Origin: Desulfurococcaceae archaeon
Lineage (GTDB): Archaea; Thermoproteota; Thermoprotei_A; Sulfolobales; NBVN01
Assembly (NCBI GenBank): GCA_020833415.1
Contig: JAJHQJ010000002.1
Span: 3,840 to 67,839, forward strand
Reading direction: 5' to 3'
DNA length: 64,000 bases
Translations under genes and position numbers: made by a program
Notes under the pieces: model-generated
Told to the model about the DNA's origin: nothing
Databases searched by the model: none
The model's input: only the letters and a program-made list of their open reading frames with translations
Shown here: positions 9,653 to 17,784 of the stretch, piece after piece
Layout of the letters: every line of letters begins with the position of its first letter
Numbering within the stretch: the stretch's first letter is position 1

Positions 9653-9817
9653 TATGTGGGTTTTCTCAGGTCCTTCCCATCCTAGACAGACTTCGCAAAC
9701 AGAGAACAGCCCATTTTATGATGGTCTTTCCCTTAGCAGTAATCGCGTTAACTAGGGTTCAGTTAAGCATACTAACGTTCGATTTATGACTACTCTAACG
9801 TAGGAGAGTCCCGGAGA

Positions 9818-9831
9818 AAAGCTTTAAAGTC
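9818..9831 (+). promoter_or_regulatory. TATA-like box (AAAGCTTTAAAGTC) upstream of rpl3
   Basis: About 37 nt upstream of the GTG start at 9865. Confidence 0.45.
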
Positions 9832-9864
9832 CCTCTAGCTAGTGGACTAGGTAAGGCGGTAGAG

Positions 9865-10887
9865 GTGGCACGAAGAAAGCAGTCAGCTCCAAGGAGGGGG
9901 AGTCTCGGTGTAAGACCTAGGAAGAGAGCTGCAAGGCTACTACCTAAGGTTAGGTCGTGGCCTACGGTAAACCTAGCAGAACCTAGGCCCCTAGCCTTTG
10001 TAGGGTACAAGGCAGGTATGACTCACGCTATAATAATCGACAATAGGCCGGGTAGCTTAACTTACGGACAGGAGATCGCGGTTGCGGTAACAGTCATAGA
10101 GACCCCGCCGGTAATACCAGTTGCAGCTAGGTTTTACACCTACGGAGCTTTCGGGGACCTCGAGACATTTACTGAGGTCTGGGCTAGCGTACCTAGGGAG
10201 CTAGAGCTCTGGAGGAGGATCTCCACACTCTCCGTAGACCCTCAGAGGAACGAATCTAGAGTAAAGTTGGTTACCGAGAACTTAGGTAAGATAGCTGAGG
10301 TCTCCCTCATAATAGCAACGCAGCCCAAGCTCACCGGAGGGCTGAGTAAGAAGGTCCCGGACCTACTGGAGGTTAGGGTTGGCGGTGGTTCTATAGAGGA
10401 TAGGGTTAAGTACGCCATAGGCGTTCTCGGAAAGCCCATCGAAATCAGTAGTGTGTTCTCTCCCGGGCAGTACGTAGATGTAATTGGGGTTACTAAGGGT
10501 AAGGGCTTCCAGGGGGTCATAAAGAGGTTTGGAGTGAGGGAGCTTCCTAGGTGGCATAAGCATAGGAAGGGGAGTAGAAGGGTTGGTTCTAGGTCTCCAA
10601 CCATTGGGGCCCTCAGTACAGTACCTCAAGCTGGTCAGATGGGTTTCCACAGAAGGACGGAGTACAATAAGCTTATACTGAGTATAGGGAATAACGGTTA
10701 CGAAGTAGTTCCGTCAGGTGGGTTCCCCCACTATGGACTGGTTAGGTCGAGTTACGTTATCTTAAAGGGAAGCGTCTTCGGACCCCCAAAGAGGCCCGTA
10801 GTGCTTAGATGGCCTATAAGACCTCCTAGAGAGGTCCTGCCGGGGCTGCCTAAGATAGTCTATATTAGCCTGGAGAGTAAGCAGTAG
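9865..10887 (+). CDS. rpl3: 50S ribosomal protein uL3
   Basis: 340-aa ORF, MARRKQSAPRRGSLGVRPRKRA...FQGVIKRFGV...; first gene of the S10-type block. Confidence 0.95.
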   Translation: MARRKQSAPRRGSLGVRPRKRAARLLPKVRSWPTVNLAEPRPLAFVGYKAGMTHAIIIDNRPGSLTYGQEIAVAVTVIETPPVIPVAARFYTYGAFGDLETFTEVWASVPRELELWRRISTLSVDPQRNESRVKLVTENLGKIAEVSLIIATQPKLTGGLSKKVPDLLEVRVGGGSIEDRVKYAIGVLGKPIEISSVFSPGQYVDVIGVTKGKGFQGVIKRFGVRELPRWHKHRKGSRRVGSRSPTIGALSTVPQAGQMGFHRRTEYNKLILSIGNNGYEVVPSGGFPHYGLVRSSYVILKGSVFGPPKRPVVLRWPIRPPREVLPGLPKIVYISLESKQ

Positions 10888-10889
10888 AG

Positions 10890-11708
10890 GTGCTACCTAT
10901 GAGAGTCATAGTAGTACCAACCAAGCTGGCCCCGAAGAGGGTACCCGTATACAACCTAGGGGGAGGTGTAGTTAGTGAAGTAGAGCTCCCGGAGGTTTTC
11001 TCCCTACCAGTCAGGCTAGATATAATTAGGAGGGCTTTCCACGCGGCCTTTACGGCCCGCCTCCAACCCAAGGGTAGGGATGAGCTAGCCGGTAAGCGTA
11101 GGGTAGGCGAGTCCTGGGGTATAAACTACTCAGTTGCCAGGGTTCCAAGACTCGATAACGGAAGAGCCGTCTTCGTGCCACAGGCTAGGGGAGGTAGACT
11201 AGCGTTTCCGCCGACTACCGAGAGGAGGATTCATGAACTCGTAAATAGGAAGGAGAAGCTCCTGGCTATAGCCTCAGCCTTAGCAGCAACTGCAGTTGAG
11301 GAGTTGGTACGCTTAAGGGGTCACAGGTTCTCCGTGAGTACGCTACCTATAGTTGTGGCTAATGACCTCGAGGAGGTAGAGAGGGCCTCGACCCTTAAGG
11401 GAGTACTTAAGGCCTTGAAGGTGTGGGAGGATGTTGAGCGTGCCCAGAACGGTACTAAGATTAGAGCCGGTAAGGGTAAGATGAGGGGTAGGAGGTACTA
11501 CGTACCTAAGTCACTGCTACTGGTAGTCTCGAGAGATAAAGCTAAGGTAATAAAGGCCGGTAGAAGCCTTCCCGGAGTCGACGTAGTCTCGGCCGATATG
11601 CTCAGCATACTCCACCTAGCTCCCGGAGGGCGCCCCGGTAGGTTAACAATCCTAACCCTTGGAGCTCTGGAGGTCCTCAGGAACAGGTTCCAGGTGGTGA
11701 CCTCGTGA
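10890..11708 (+). CDS. rpl4: 50S ribosomal protein uL4
   Basis: 272-aa ORF, uL4-like, operon position. Confidence 0.93.
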   Translation: MLPMRVIVVPTKLAPKRVPVYNLGGGVVSEVELPEVFSLPVRLDIIRRAFHAAFTARLQPKGRDELAGKRRVGESWGINYSVARVPRLDNGRAVFVPQARGGRLAFPPTTERRIHELVNRKEKLLAIASALAATAVEELVRLRGHRFSVSTLPIVVANDLEEVERASTLKGVLKALKVWEDVERAQNGTKIRAGKGKMRGRRYYVPKSLLLVVSRDKAKVIKAGRSLPGVDVVSADMLSILHLAPGGRPGRLTILTLGALEVLRNRFQVVTS

Positions 11709-11968
11709 AGGATCCGCACACGGTAATTAAGGCAGCTGTTTCAAGTGAGAAGGCTCTAACGTACATAAACAAGTATAACACGCTGACCCTCATAGTGGAC
11801 ATTAAGGCTACTAAGCATGACATTAAGAGGGCTGTGGAGACTCTGTTCAGCGTTAAGGTAGCTGAGGTCAGGACCCTAATAACACCTAAGGGGGAGAAGA
11901 AGGCCTACGTAAGGTTAGCTGAAGGCTATAAGGCTTCGGATGTAGCTACTAAGCTAGGTATCCTGTAG
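11705..11968 (+). CDS. rpl23: 50S ribosomal protein uL23
   Basis: 87-aa ORF, ...NTLTLIVDIKATKHDIKRAVETLFSVKV.... Confidence 0.93.
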   Translation: MKDPHTVIKAAVSSEKALTYINKYNTLTLIVDIKATKHDIKRAVETLFSVKVAEVRTLITPKGEKKAYVRLAEGYKASDVATKLGIL

Positions 11969-11978
11969 GGTGGTCTAG

Positions 11979-12695
11979 GTGGGTAAGAGAATACTTGTTC
12001 AGAGAGCTGGACGCGGAACCCCAACGTTTAGAAGTCCGTCACATCTAAGAGTATCACCCGCGAAGTACCCAGCACTAAGTTCCGAGACTAAGCGGGGAGT
12101 TATCGTAGAGCTGGTACACGACCCTGGTAGGTGGGTTCCTCTGGCACACATAACACTAGAGGACGGTACAGACTTCTATGTTCCGGCCGTTGAGGGGGTT
12201 TACGAGGGTCAGGTAATCTACATAGGGTCGCAAGCACCCGTAGCTGTTGGTAACATACTCCCGCTAGGCAACATACCCGAAGGTACTAAGGTGTGTAATG
12301 TAGAGCTCAGACCTGGGGATGGAGGTAAGCTAGCTAGGCAGGCCGGTTCATACGCAGTAGTTCTCGGGAAGTCGGGTAGGTATGTGATACTGCAACTTCC
12401 AAGTGGCGAGCAGAAGATTGTGCTAGCCTCTGCTAGGGCGACTATCGGAGTCCCAGCCGGTGCTGGGAGGACTGAGAAGCCGTTACTTAAAGCCGGAGTA
12501 GCATACCATAAGTGGAAGGTTAAGGCGAGGAAGTGGCCTAGAGTTAGAGGAGTTGTAATGAACCCGGTATCTCATCCACATGGTGGAGGCTCGCACCAGA
12601 GCGTCTCGAGGTCGTCGACAGTATCTAGAAATGCCCCACCAGGTCGTAAGGTAGGACACATAGCAGCCCGCAGAACTGGGAGAAGGAAGAGGTAG
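11979..12695 (+). CDS. rpl2: 50S ribosomal protein uL2
   Basis: 238-aa ORF with ...VMNPVSHPHGGG.... Confidence 0.95.
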   Translation: MGKRILVQRAGRGTPTFRSPSHLRVSPAKYPALSSETKRGVIVELVHDPGRWVPLAHITLEDGTDFYVPAVEGVYEGQVIYIGSQAPVAVGNILPLGNIPEGTKVCNVELRPGDGGKLARQAGSYAVVLGKSGRYVILQLPSGEQKIVLASARATIGVPAGAGRTEKPLLKAGVAYHKWKVKARKWPRVRGVVMNPVSHPHGGGSHQSVSRSSTVSRNAPPGRKVGHIAARRTGRRKR

Positions 12696-12873
12696 CATCT
12701 TCCCTCCATCAGTACTCCACGGTATCTACAAGTATACATACACTTGCTAGCCGGTGTAGACCTTAGTTCAGAGACCCTACTAAGTGCTCCCCGGATACCT
12801 TACAAGTCAGCACCGGGGAGTATTAGTGGAGAAGGATGCGTCACTACTCCTCCTACTGCTAAGCCCGTAACAG

Positions 12874-12886
12874 CCTTTATTAAGCT
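12874..12886 (+). promoter_or_regulatory. TATA-like box (CCTTTATTAAGC) inside the L2-S19 spacer
   Basis: 34-37 nt upstream of where uS19 homology starts. Confidence 0.4.
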
Positions 12887-12913
12887 CCTAGAACAGTAGG
12901 AGGGGGACCCGGG

Positions 12914-13402
12914 ATAGTAGCTAAGGTAGAGCTACCACCTGAATGGACTAGGTTTAGGTATAGGGGTAAGACCCTAGAGGAGCTCCTGAATATGCCTATG
13001 GACGAGCTCGTAAAGCTCCTACCAGCTCGAGCTAGGAGATCCCTACTCAGAATGTCTGACCCGGAGATTAGGAAGAGGACGTATGAGTACGGTATGCTTA
13101 AGTCCGAGAAGGATGAGCCGGAGAGGCTTAAGCTCCTGAAGAAAGTCTTTAAGGCTAGGGAGATGCTAGCCAAGGGAGAGAACGTCGTCATAAAGACTCA
13201 CGTTAGGGATATGGTCATACTGCCAGTGATGGTCGGTCTAACCATAGCTGTCTACAACGGTAAGGAGTACGTACCCGTAAAGATAGCCCCCGAGATGATA
13301 GGACACTATCTCGGTGAGTTCGCACCAACTACTAAGAAGGTAGAGCACGGAGAGCCGGGACTTAAGGCAACTAGGTCGACCCTCTTCGTAGCGATGAAGT
13401 AG
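12914..13402 (+). CDS. rps19: 30S ribosomal protein uS19 (start uncertain, no canonical start for the conserved N-terminus)
   Basis: The track ORF starts at ATG 12992, but the frame is open from 12884 and encodes ...[31 protein letters not shown]..., typical of archaeal uS19 N-termini. There is no ATG/GTG/TTG in that stretch. ATA at 12914 is a candidate. Confidence 0.85.
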   Translation: MVAKVELPPEWTRFRYRGKTLEELLNMPMDELVKLLPARARRSLLRMSDPEIRKRTYEYGMLKSEKDEPERLKLLKKVFKAREMLAKGENVVIKTHVRDMVILPVMVGLTIAVYNGKEYVPVKIAPEMIGHYLGEFAPTTKKVEHGEPGLKATRSTLFVAMK

Positions 13403-13412
13403 CCTTTGCTAC

Positions 13413-13451
13413 AACTGAAGGCCTCGCCCTTTAGGGCGGGGAAGAGGTAGG
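13413..13451 (+). repeat. Short hairpin repeat, copy b
   Basis: AACTGAAGGCCTCGCCCTTTAGGGCGGGGAAGAGGTAGG, 10 nt after the rps19 stop. Its purine-rich right end abuts the ATG of the next ORF. Confidence 0.8.
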
Positions 13452-13901
13452 ATGTATGGAGTCGAGTGCTTGGAGAGCTTCCTCAGGGACCTCATAGATC
13501 CTAGCTTTCTACTCAACGTCCTCTTGGAAGCTGAGGAGACGACCTCAAACTTAGTGCTGCTTCACTTCGACTTCAGGTGTGTAAGGGGCTTAGTTAAGGA
13601 GGTACTCGTAGCCATACTATATACTCCTAAGATAGTAGTTAGGGTTACAGCAGAGGTAGTCCTGAAGCCGGAGGTAGAGGCCAGAGACTTCATCCTACGC
13701 GTTTACCCGTCCCTAATCAGTATGGGGTACGGAGTGGATGTGTCTTCCGAGGGTATAAGAGTCTACAGGGTTTACAGCTGTAGAGGCTCTCCAGATAGAA
13801 GCTTTACTAGAACAGTTAGTGAGATTCTCTCAGTATTCAACGAGAGCTGTGAAGTTATCTTCAGGGGGAGCTACTCCCTGGAGTCCTTAACCCCTCCCTA
13901 A
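13452..13901 (+). CDS. Hypothetical protein
   Basis: 149-aa ORF; no family recognised. Confidence 0.5.
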   Translation: MYGVECLESFLRDLIDPSFLLNVLLEAEETTSNLVLLHFDFRCVRGLVKEVLVAILYTPKIVVRVTAEVVLKPEVEARDFILRVYPSLISMGYGVDVSSEGIRVYRVYSCRGSPDRSFTRTVSEILSVFNESCEVIFRGSYSLESLTPP

Positions 13902-13977
13902 GAGTAGCCCGCGACTAGGTAGACGCGTGGATCAGGTCCCTCCTAGAGGTTTACCTACGCATCGAAGGACCTCATGA

Positions 13978-13992
13978 AAGCTTAAATAGAAG
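13978..13992 (+). promoter_or_regulatory. TATA-like box (AAAGCTTAAATAGAAG region) upstream of the thermosome gene
   Basis: About 38 nt upstream of ATG 14023. Confidence 0.45.
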
Positions 13993-14022
13993 TTTCTAAT
14001 GTTACTCTAATGGGTGGTACAT

Positions 14023-15714
14023 ATGGCGACGTACGGTATACCTGTCTTAGTCCTAAAGGAGGGTACTAGTAGGACGTACGGTCGTGAGGCACTTAGAGCG
14101 AACATCCTAGCAGCTAGAGCTCTAGCTGAGGTGCTGAGAACCTCTCTAGGGCCTAAGGGACTGGATAAGATGCTCGTAGACAGCTTCGGGGATATAACAG
14201 TAACTAACGACGGAGCTACGATTGTTAAGGAGATGGAGGTTCAGCACCCAGCCGCCAAGCTCTTAGTCGAGACAGCTAAGGCTGTCGATGCCGAGGTCGG
14301 CGATGGGACCACATCTGCTGTGGTACTAGCAGGAGCTCTACTCGCCAGAGCTGAGAATCTCCTCGATCAGAACATCCACCCATCCATTATTATAGAGGGG
14401 TACAAGAAGGCTGCCGAGAAAGCTGTAGAGATCCTAGAGGAGGTAGCGGATAGGGTTAATATAGGTCTAGAGACCTCGGAGGAAATAGAGAGGTCTAAGC
14501 CCATACTAAGGGAGCTTGCGTACGCAGCCCTAGCAAGTAAGTACATATCCTCTCCAGATATCATAGACCACTTCATAGACCTCGTTGTGGAGGCTGTTAT
14601 AACTGTAGCTGAGAAGAGGCCTGAGGGAGGTTACCTAGTTAGGACAGACAACATTAAGGTAGAGAAGAAGAAGGGTGCCTCCCTAGCCGAGAGTAGGTTA
14701 GTAAAGGGTATCGTATTAGACAAGGAGGTAGTCCACCCAGGTATGCCTAAGAGGGTTGAGAGGGCTAGGATAGCCCTACTAGATGCTCCGCTAGAGATAG
14801 AGAAGCCGGACATAACAGCTAAGATAAACATCACATCACCAGACCAGATAAAGAGGTTCCTCGACGAGGAGACTAGGCTCCTGAAGGAGATGGTCGATAA
14901 GATAGTGTCTGTAGGTGCTAACGTTGTTATATGTCAGAAGGGTATTGATGACGTAGCTCAGCACTTCCTAGCTAAGAGGGGTATACTAGCTGTTAGAAGG
15001 GTTAAGAGGTCGGACATGGAGAAACTTGAGAGAGCTACTGGAGGTAGGATAGTAACTAGCATCAGGGACCTTACCGAGAAGGACCTAGGCTACGCTGAGC
15101 TAGTAGAGGAGAGGAGGGTGGGGAACGATAAGATGGTGTTCGTGGAGGGCTGCAAGAACCCGAAGGCGGTAACAATACTAGTGCGCGGAGCTAACGACAT
15201 GCTACTAGACGACGCTGAGAGGTCCCTAAATGACGCGATTAACGCACTTAGGAACGCCCTGAGGGAGCCTAAGGTACTACCGGGAGGTGGAGCCCCCGAA
15301 GTTGAGGTAGCCCTCGGGCTAAGGAAGTGGGCTGAGACCGTAGGCGGTAAGGAGCAGCTAGCAGTGTTAGCCTTTGCCGACGCCCTGGAGGAGATCCCGG
15401 TAATACTAGCTAGGAGTGCCGGCATGGACCCGCTAGAAGTACTAATGGAGCTTAGAAGGTTACACGCAGCAGGTAATAAGTACGCGGGGATCAACGTCAT
15501 CGAGGGTAAGATCGAGGAGGACATGAGGAAGCTGAAGGTACTGGATCCACTCACAGTTAAGAAGCAGATTATAAGAGCTGCAACTGAGGCAGCAACAGCC
15601 ATACTAAAGGTCGATGACCTAATAGCAGCATCTCCTCTTAAGAAGGAGGGTAAGGAGAAGAAGGAAGAGGAGGAAGGAGAGACCAAGACCATGAGTAAGC
15701 CTGAGCTGGACTAG
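14023..15714 (+). CDS. ths: Thermosome (group II chaperonin) subunit
   Basis: Track ORF 14014..15714, with ...[24 protein letters not shown]...[13 protein letters not shown]...VLPGGGAPE.... ATG 14023 preferred. Confidence 0.95.
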   Translation: MATYGIPVLVLKEGTSRTYGREALRANILAARALAEVLRTSLGPKGLDKMLVDSFGDITVTNDGATIVKEMEVQHPAAKLLVETAKAVDAEVGDGTTSAVVLAGALLARAENLLDQNIHPSIIIEGYKKAAEKAVEILEEVADRVNIGLETSEEIERSKPILRELAYAALASKYISSPDIIDHFIDLVVEAVITVAEKRPEGGYLVRTDNIKVEKKKGASLAESRLVKGIVLDKEVVHPGMPKRVERARIALLDAPLEIEKPDITAKINITSPDQIKRFLDEETRLLKEMVDKIVSVGANVVICQKGIDDVAQHFLAKRGILAVRRVKRSDMEKLERATGGRIVTSIRDLTEKDLGYAELVEERRVGNDKMVFVEGCKNPKAVTILVRGANDMLLDDAERSLNDAINALRNALREPKVLPGGGAPEVEVALGLRKWAETVGGKEQLAVLAFADALEEIPVILARSAGMDPLEVLMELRRLHAAGNKYAGINVIEGKIEEDMRKLKVLDPLTVKKQIIRAATEAATAILKVDDLIAASPLKKEGKEKKEEEEGETKTMSKPELD

Positions 15715-16040
15715 CACCTACATAGCATAGCAACCTAGGAGTTCCCCCAAACATATCAATACAATAGGACCAGGAGTTTTTCCTTCTAATAGTCTATCAC
15801 GTAAGCTTAGAAGTACACACAACCAACCCCAACCTTAAGTTTCTACGCATCTACCTTCAATAACCCTAGTTTGAAGAGTTGAAGAAGCCTAAATGGGGGA
15901 CAAGCTTACAGATTAAAGTCCAGGTCTTAAGACTCTTGACGCACCGGTACCGCGATCGATCTGTACCAACTCTCTGTTTAAATATTTTCCGGCGTTGGAC
16001 GCGGGCAAGCTTAGTAGGTTGTGAACACACCATCCCCGAA

Positions 16041-16148
16041 GCTGACGGCGAGGCCTGATCCTGTGATGCGGCACCCGTGAGGAGCTTCCGAGAGGTGTGG
16101 GAAGGTCCTTGTAAGCGTAGACCGCCCTTAAGGGCAGGGGGCCGTCAG
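16041..16148 (+). ncRNA. Candidate structured RNA / composite hairpin-repeat relative
   Basis: 8-bp closing stem CTGACGGC (16042-16049) / GCCGTCAG (16141-16148). Internal hairpin CCGCCC-TTAA-GGGCAGGG resembles the repeat family. A TTTAAATATTTT box lies about 50 nt upstream. Confidence 0.25.
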
Positions 16149-16193
16149 TGTGGACTTGAGTACTACTGTGTAGGGCGGGTCCTCCGAGAGGAG

Positions 16194-16206
16194 ACTTTAT
16201 ATAATG
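16194..16206 (+). promoter_or_regulatory. TATA-like box (ACTTTATATAATG) upstream of trm1
   Basis: About 33 nt upstream of ATG 16231. Confidence 0.45.
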
Positions 16207-16230
16207 TGAGAGCGGGGTTTCAGTAAGGGT

Positions 16231-17412
16231 ATGGAGGAGCTCATTGAGATAGTTGAGGGTAGGGTTCGGCTACTGGTGTACAACCCGGATAGGTTTAAAA
16301 GGTCTGACGGTGTTTATGAGCCTGCCTGGGCACCGGTATTCTACAACCCCCAAATGACTATAAGCAGGGATTACAGTGTCTTAAACTTGGCTACTCTGAA
16401 CCTTAGTGGAGCCGTAGTTGTCGATGCCCTAGCCGGTTCCGGTATTAGGGCCTTAAGGTACTGTACCGAAGTTGTAGGTGTAGAAAGCTGCCTAGCTAAC
16501 GACTTAGACACGAGAGCTTACAACCTCATCAGGAGGAACGTAGAGCTTAACAAACTATCGGAGAAGGTTAAGGCTTTTAACGAGGATGCTAACGTACTTC
16601 TCTACAGGCTGAAGCTACTGGGTGAGAGGCTAGACTTCATAGATATAGACCCCTACGGTTCTCCATCACCCTTCACTAGGTCAGCTACGTGGGCTGTAGC
16701 TAGGGGGGGTTACGTAGGGTTAACAGCTACGGACCTCGCGGCTCTGTCCGGTAGTAAGCCGTGGGCCGGTAGTAGGAGGTACTGGGCTTCGCTAGCAGTT
16801 ACCGACGTACCTAGGGTAGTAGCTCTCAGAGTTCTGCTAGGCTATGCGGCTCGGGTAGCAGCGGAGCTCGATAGGTACGTAGAGCCGTTATCCTACCTAC
16901 TAGGTAGGCACTTCGTGAGGATAATGTACAGAGTTCGGAAGGGGGCCTCGGCTGCGGATGCCATGCTAGCTAGGGATGTAGGTTACCTAAGGTACTGTGA
17001 GCACTGCGGCTTTAGAGACTACGTAGGGGAGTTCGAGAGCCCCACCTGCCCGAACTGCGGTGGTAGAGTCAGGCACATAGGTCCTCTCTGGATCGGTAGT
17101 ACGGTCTACGGGGAGATCGTAGCTAAGGCTAGGGAGCTACTGCTCAGAGACTACACCTACCTACAGACTCGGGAGGAGCTATTAAGGGTCCTCGAACTCC
17201 AGGTAGCTGAGGCTGAGATACACCCCCAAGTACCTTACGATGTAGTCCACCTATCGAGCTGGCTAAAGGTCAGCACTCCGAAAGTCTCTAGAGTAGTGGA
17301 CTGCCTTAGATCCCTAGGATACGGTAGCGTTAGGTATTACGGAGTACCGACAGCTATATGTACTAACGCACCCTATAGGGACGTTGTTAACTGTATTAAA
17401 AGTCCGCGTTAG
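16231..17412 (+). CDS. trm1: tRNA (guanine26-N2)-dimethyltransferase Trm1
   Basis: 393-aa ORF with ...PVFYNPQMTISRDYSV...DALAGSGIRALRY...IDIDPYGSPSPF... and a CxxC...CxxC zinc motif. Confidence 0.9.
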   Translation: MEELIEIVEGRVRLLVYNPDRFKRSDGVYEPAWAPVFYNPQMTISRDYSVLNLATLNLSGAVVVDALAGSGIRALRYCTEVVGVESCLANDLDTRAYNLIRRNVELNKLSEKVKAFNEDANVLLYRLKLLGERLDFIDIDPYGSPSPFTRSATWAVARGGYVGLTATDLAALSGSKPWAGSRRYWASLAVTDVPRVVALRVLLGYAARVAAELDRYVEPLSYLLGRHFVRIMYRVRKGASAADAMLARDVGYLRYCEHCGFRDYVGEFESPTCPNCGGRVRHIGPLWIGSTVYGEIVAKARELLLRDYTYLQTREELLRVLELQVAEAEIHPQVPYDVVHLSSWLKVSTPKVSRVVDCLRSLGYGSVRYYGVPTAICTNAPYRDVVNCIKSPR

Positions 17413-17432
17413 CAAATTCCCAGCGGGTTTAC

Positions 17433-17472
<40 letters not shown>

Positions 17473-17480
17473 AGGAGAAG

Positions 17481-17491
17481 AGCTTATAACC
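17481..17491 (+). promoter_or_regulatory. TATA-like box (AGCTTATAACC) upstream of rpoH
   Basis: About 40 nt upstream of TTG 17527. Confidence 0.45.
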
Positions 17492-17526
17492 TACCAGTGG
17501 AAACTCTTTAGTAGCTGGGGTAGGGA

Positions 17527-17784
17527 TTGAGCACCAGGAGTGAGAAGATAAGTCATAAGATTCTGGAGCACGAGTACGTCCCGAAGCACGAACTCCTAAG
17601 TAAGGAGGAGGCGATAAAGGTGTTGAAGGAGCTCGGTGTACGTCCAGAGCAGCTACCGTGGATAAGGGCCTCCGATCCTGTGGCTAGACTGTTGGGGGCT
17701 AAGCCAGGAGATATTGTAAGGGTGATCAGGAAGTCTCCAACCGCAGGGGTCTCTATAGCTTATAGGTTTGTGGTGGTAGGGTAG
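17527..17784 (+). CDS. rpoH: RNA polymerase subunit Rpo5 (RpoH)
   Basis: 85-aa ORF, ...[24 protein letters not shown]...[12 protein letters not shown].... Confidence 0.93.
   Translation: MSTRSEKISHKILEHEYVPKHELLSKEEAIKVLKELGVRPEQLPWIRASDPVARLLGAKPGDIVRVIRKSPTAGVSIAYRFVVVG

Noticed and set aside
15090-15692. Long antisense or alternative-frame ORFs inside well-supported genes. Examples: 15090..15692, 24123..24665, 32513..33088, 56630..57241, 53943..54350, 2756..3262, 10242..10650, 25602..26033 and 49221..50297.
   Set aside because: They overlap strongly supported genes on the other strand or frame. Their translations are Ser/Leu/Pro-rich, typical of shadows in GC-balanced purine-skewed coding DNA. 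No family signatures were seen.
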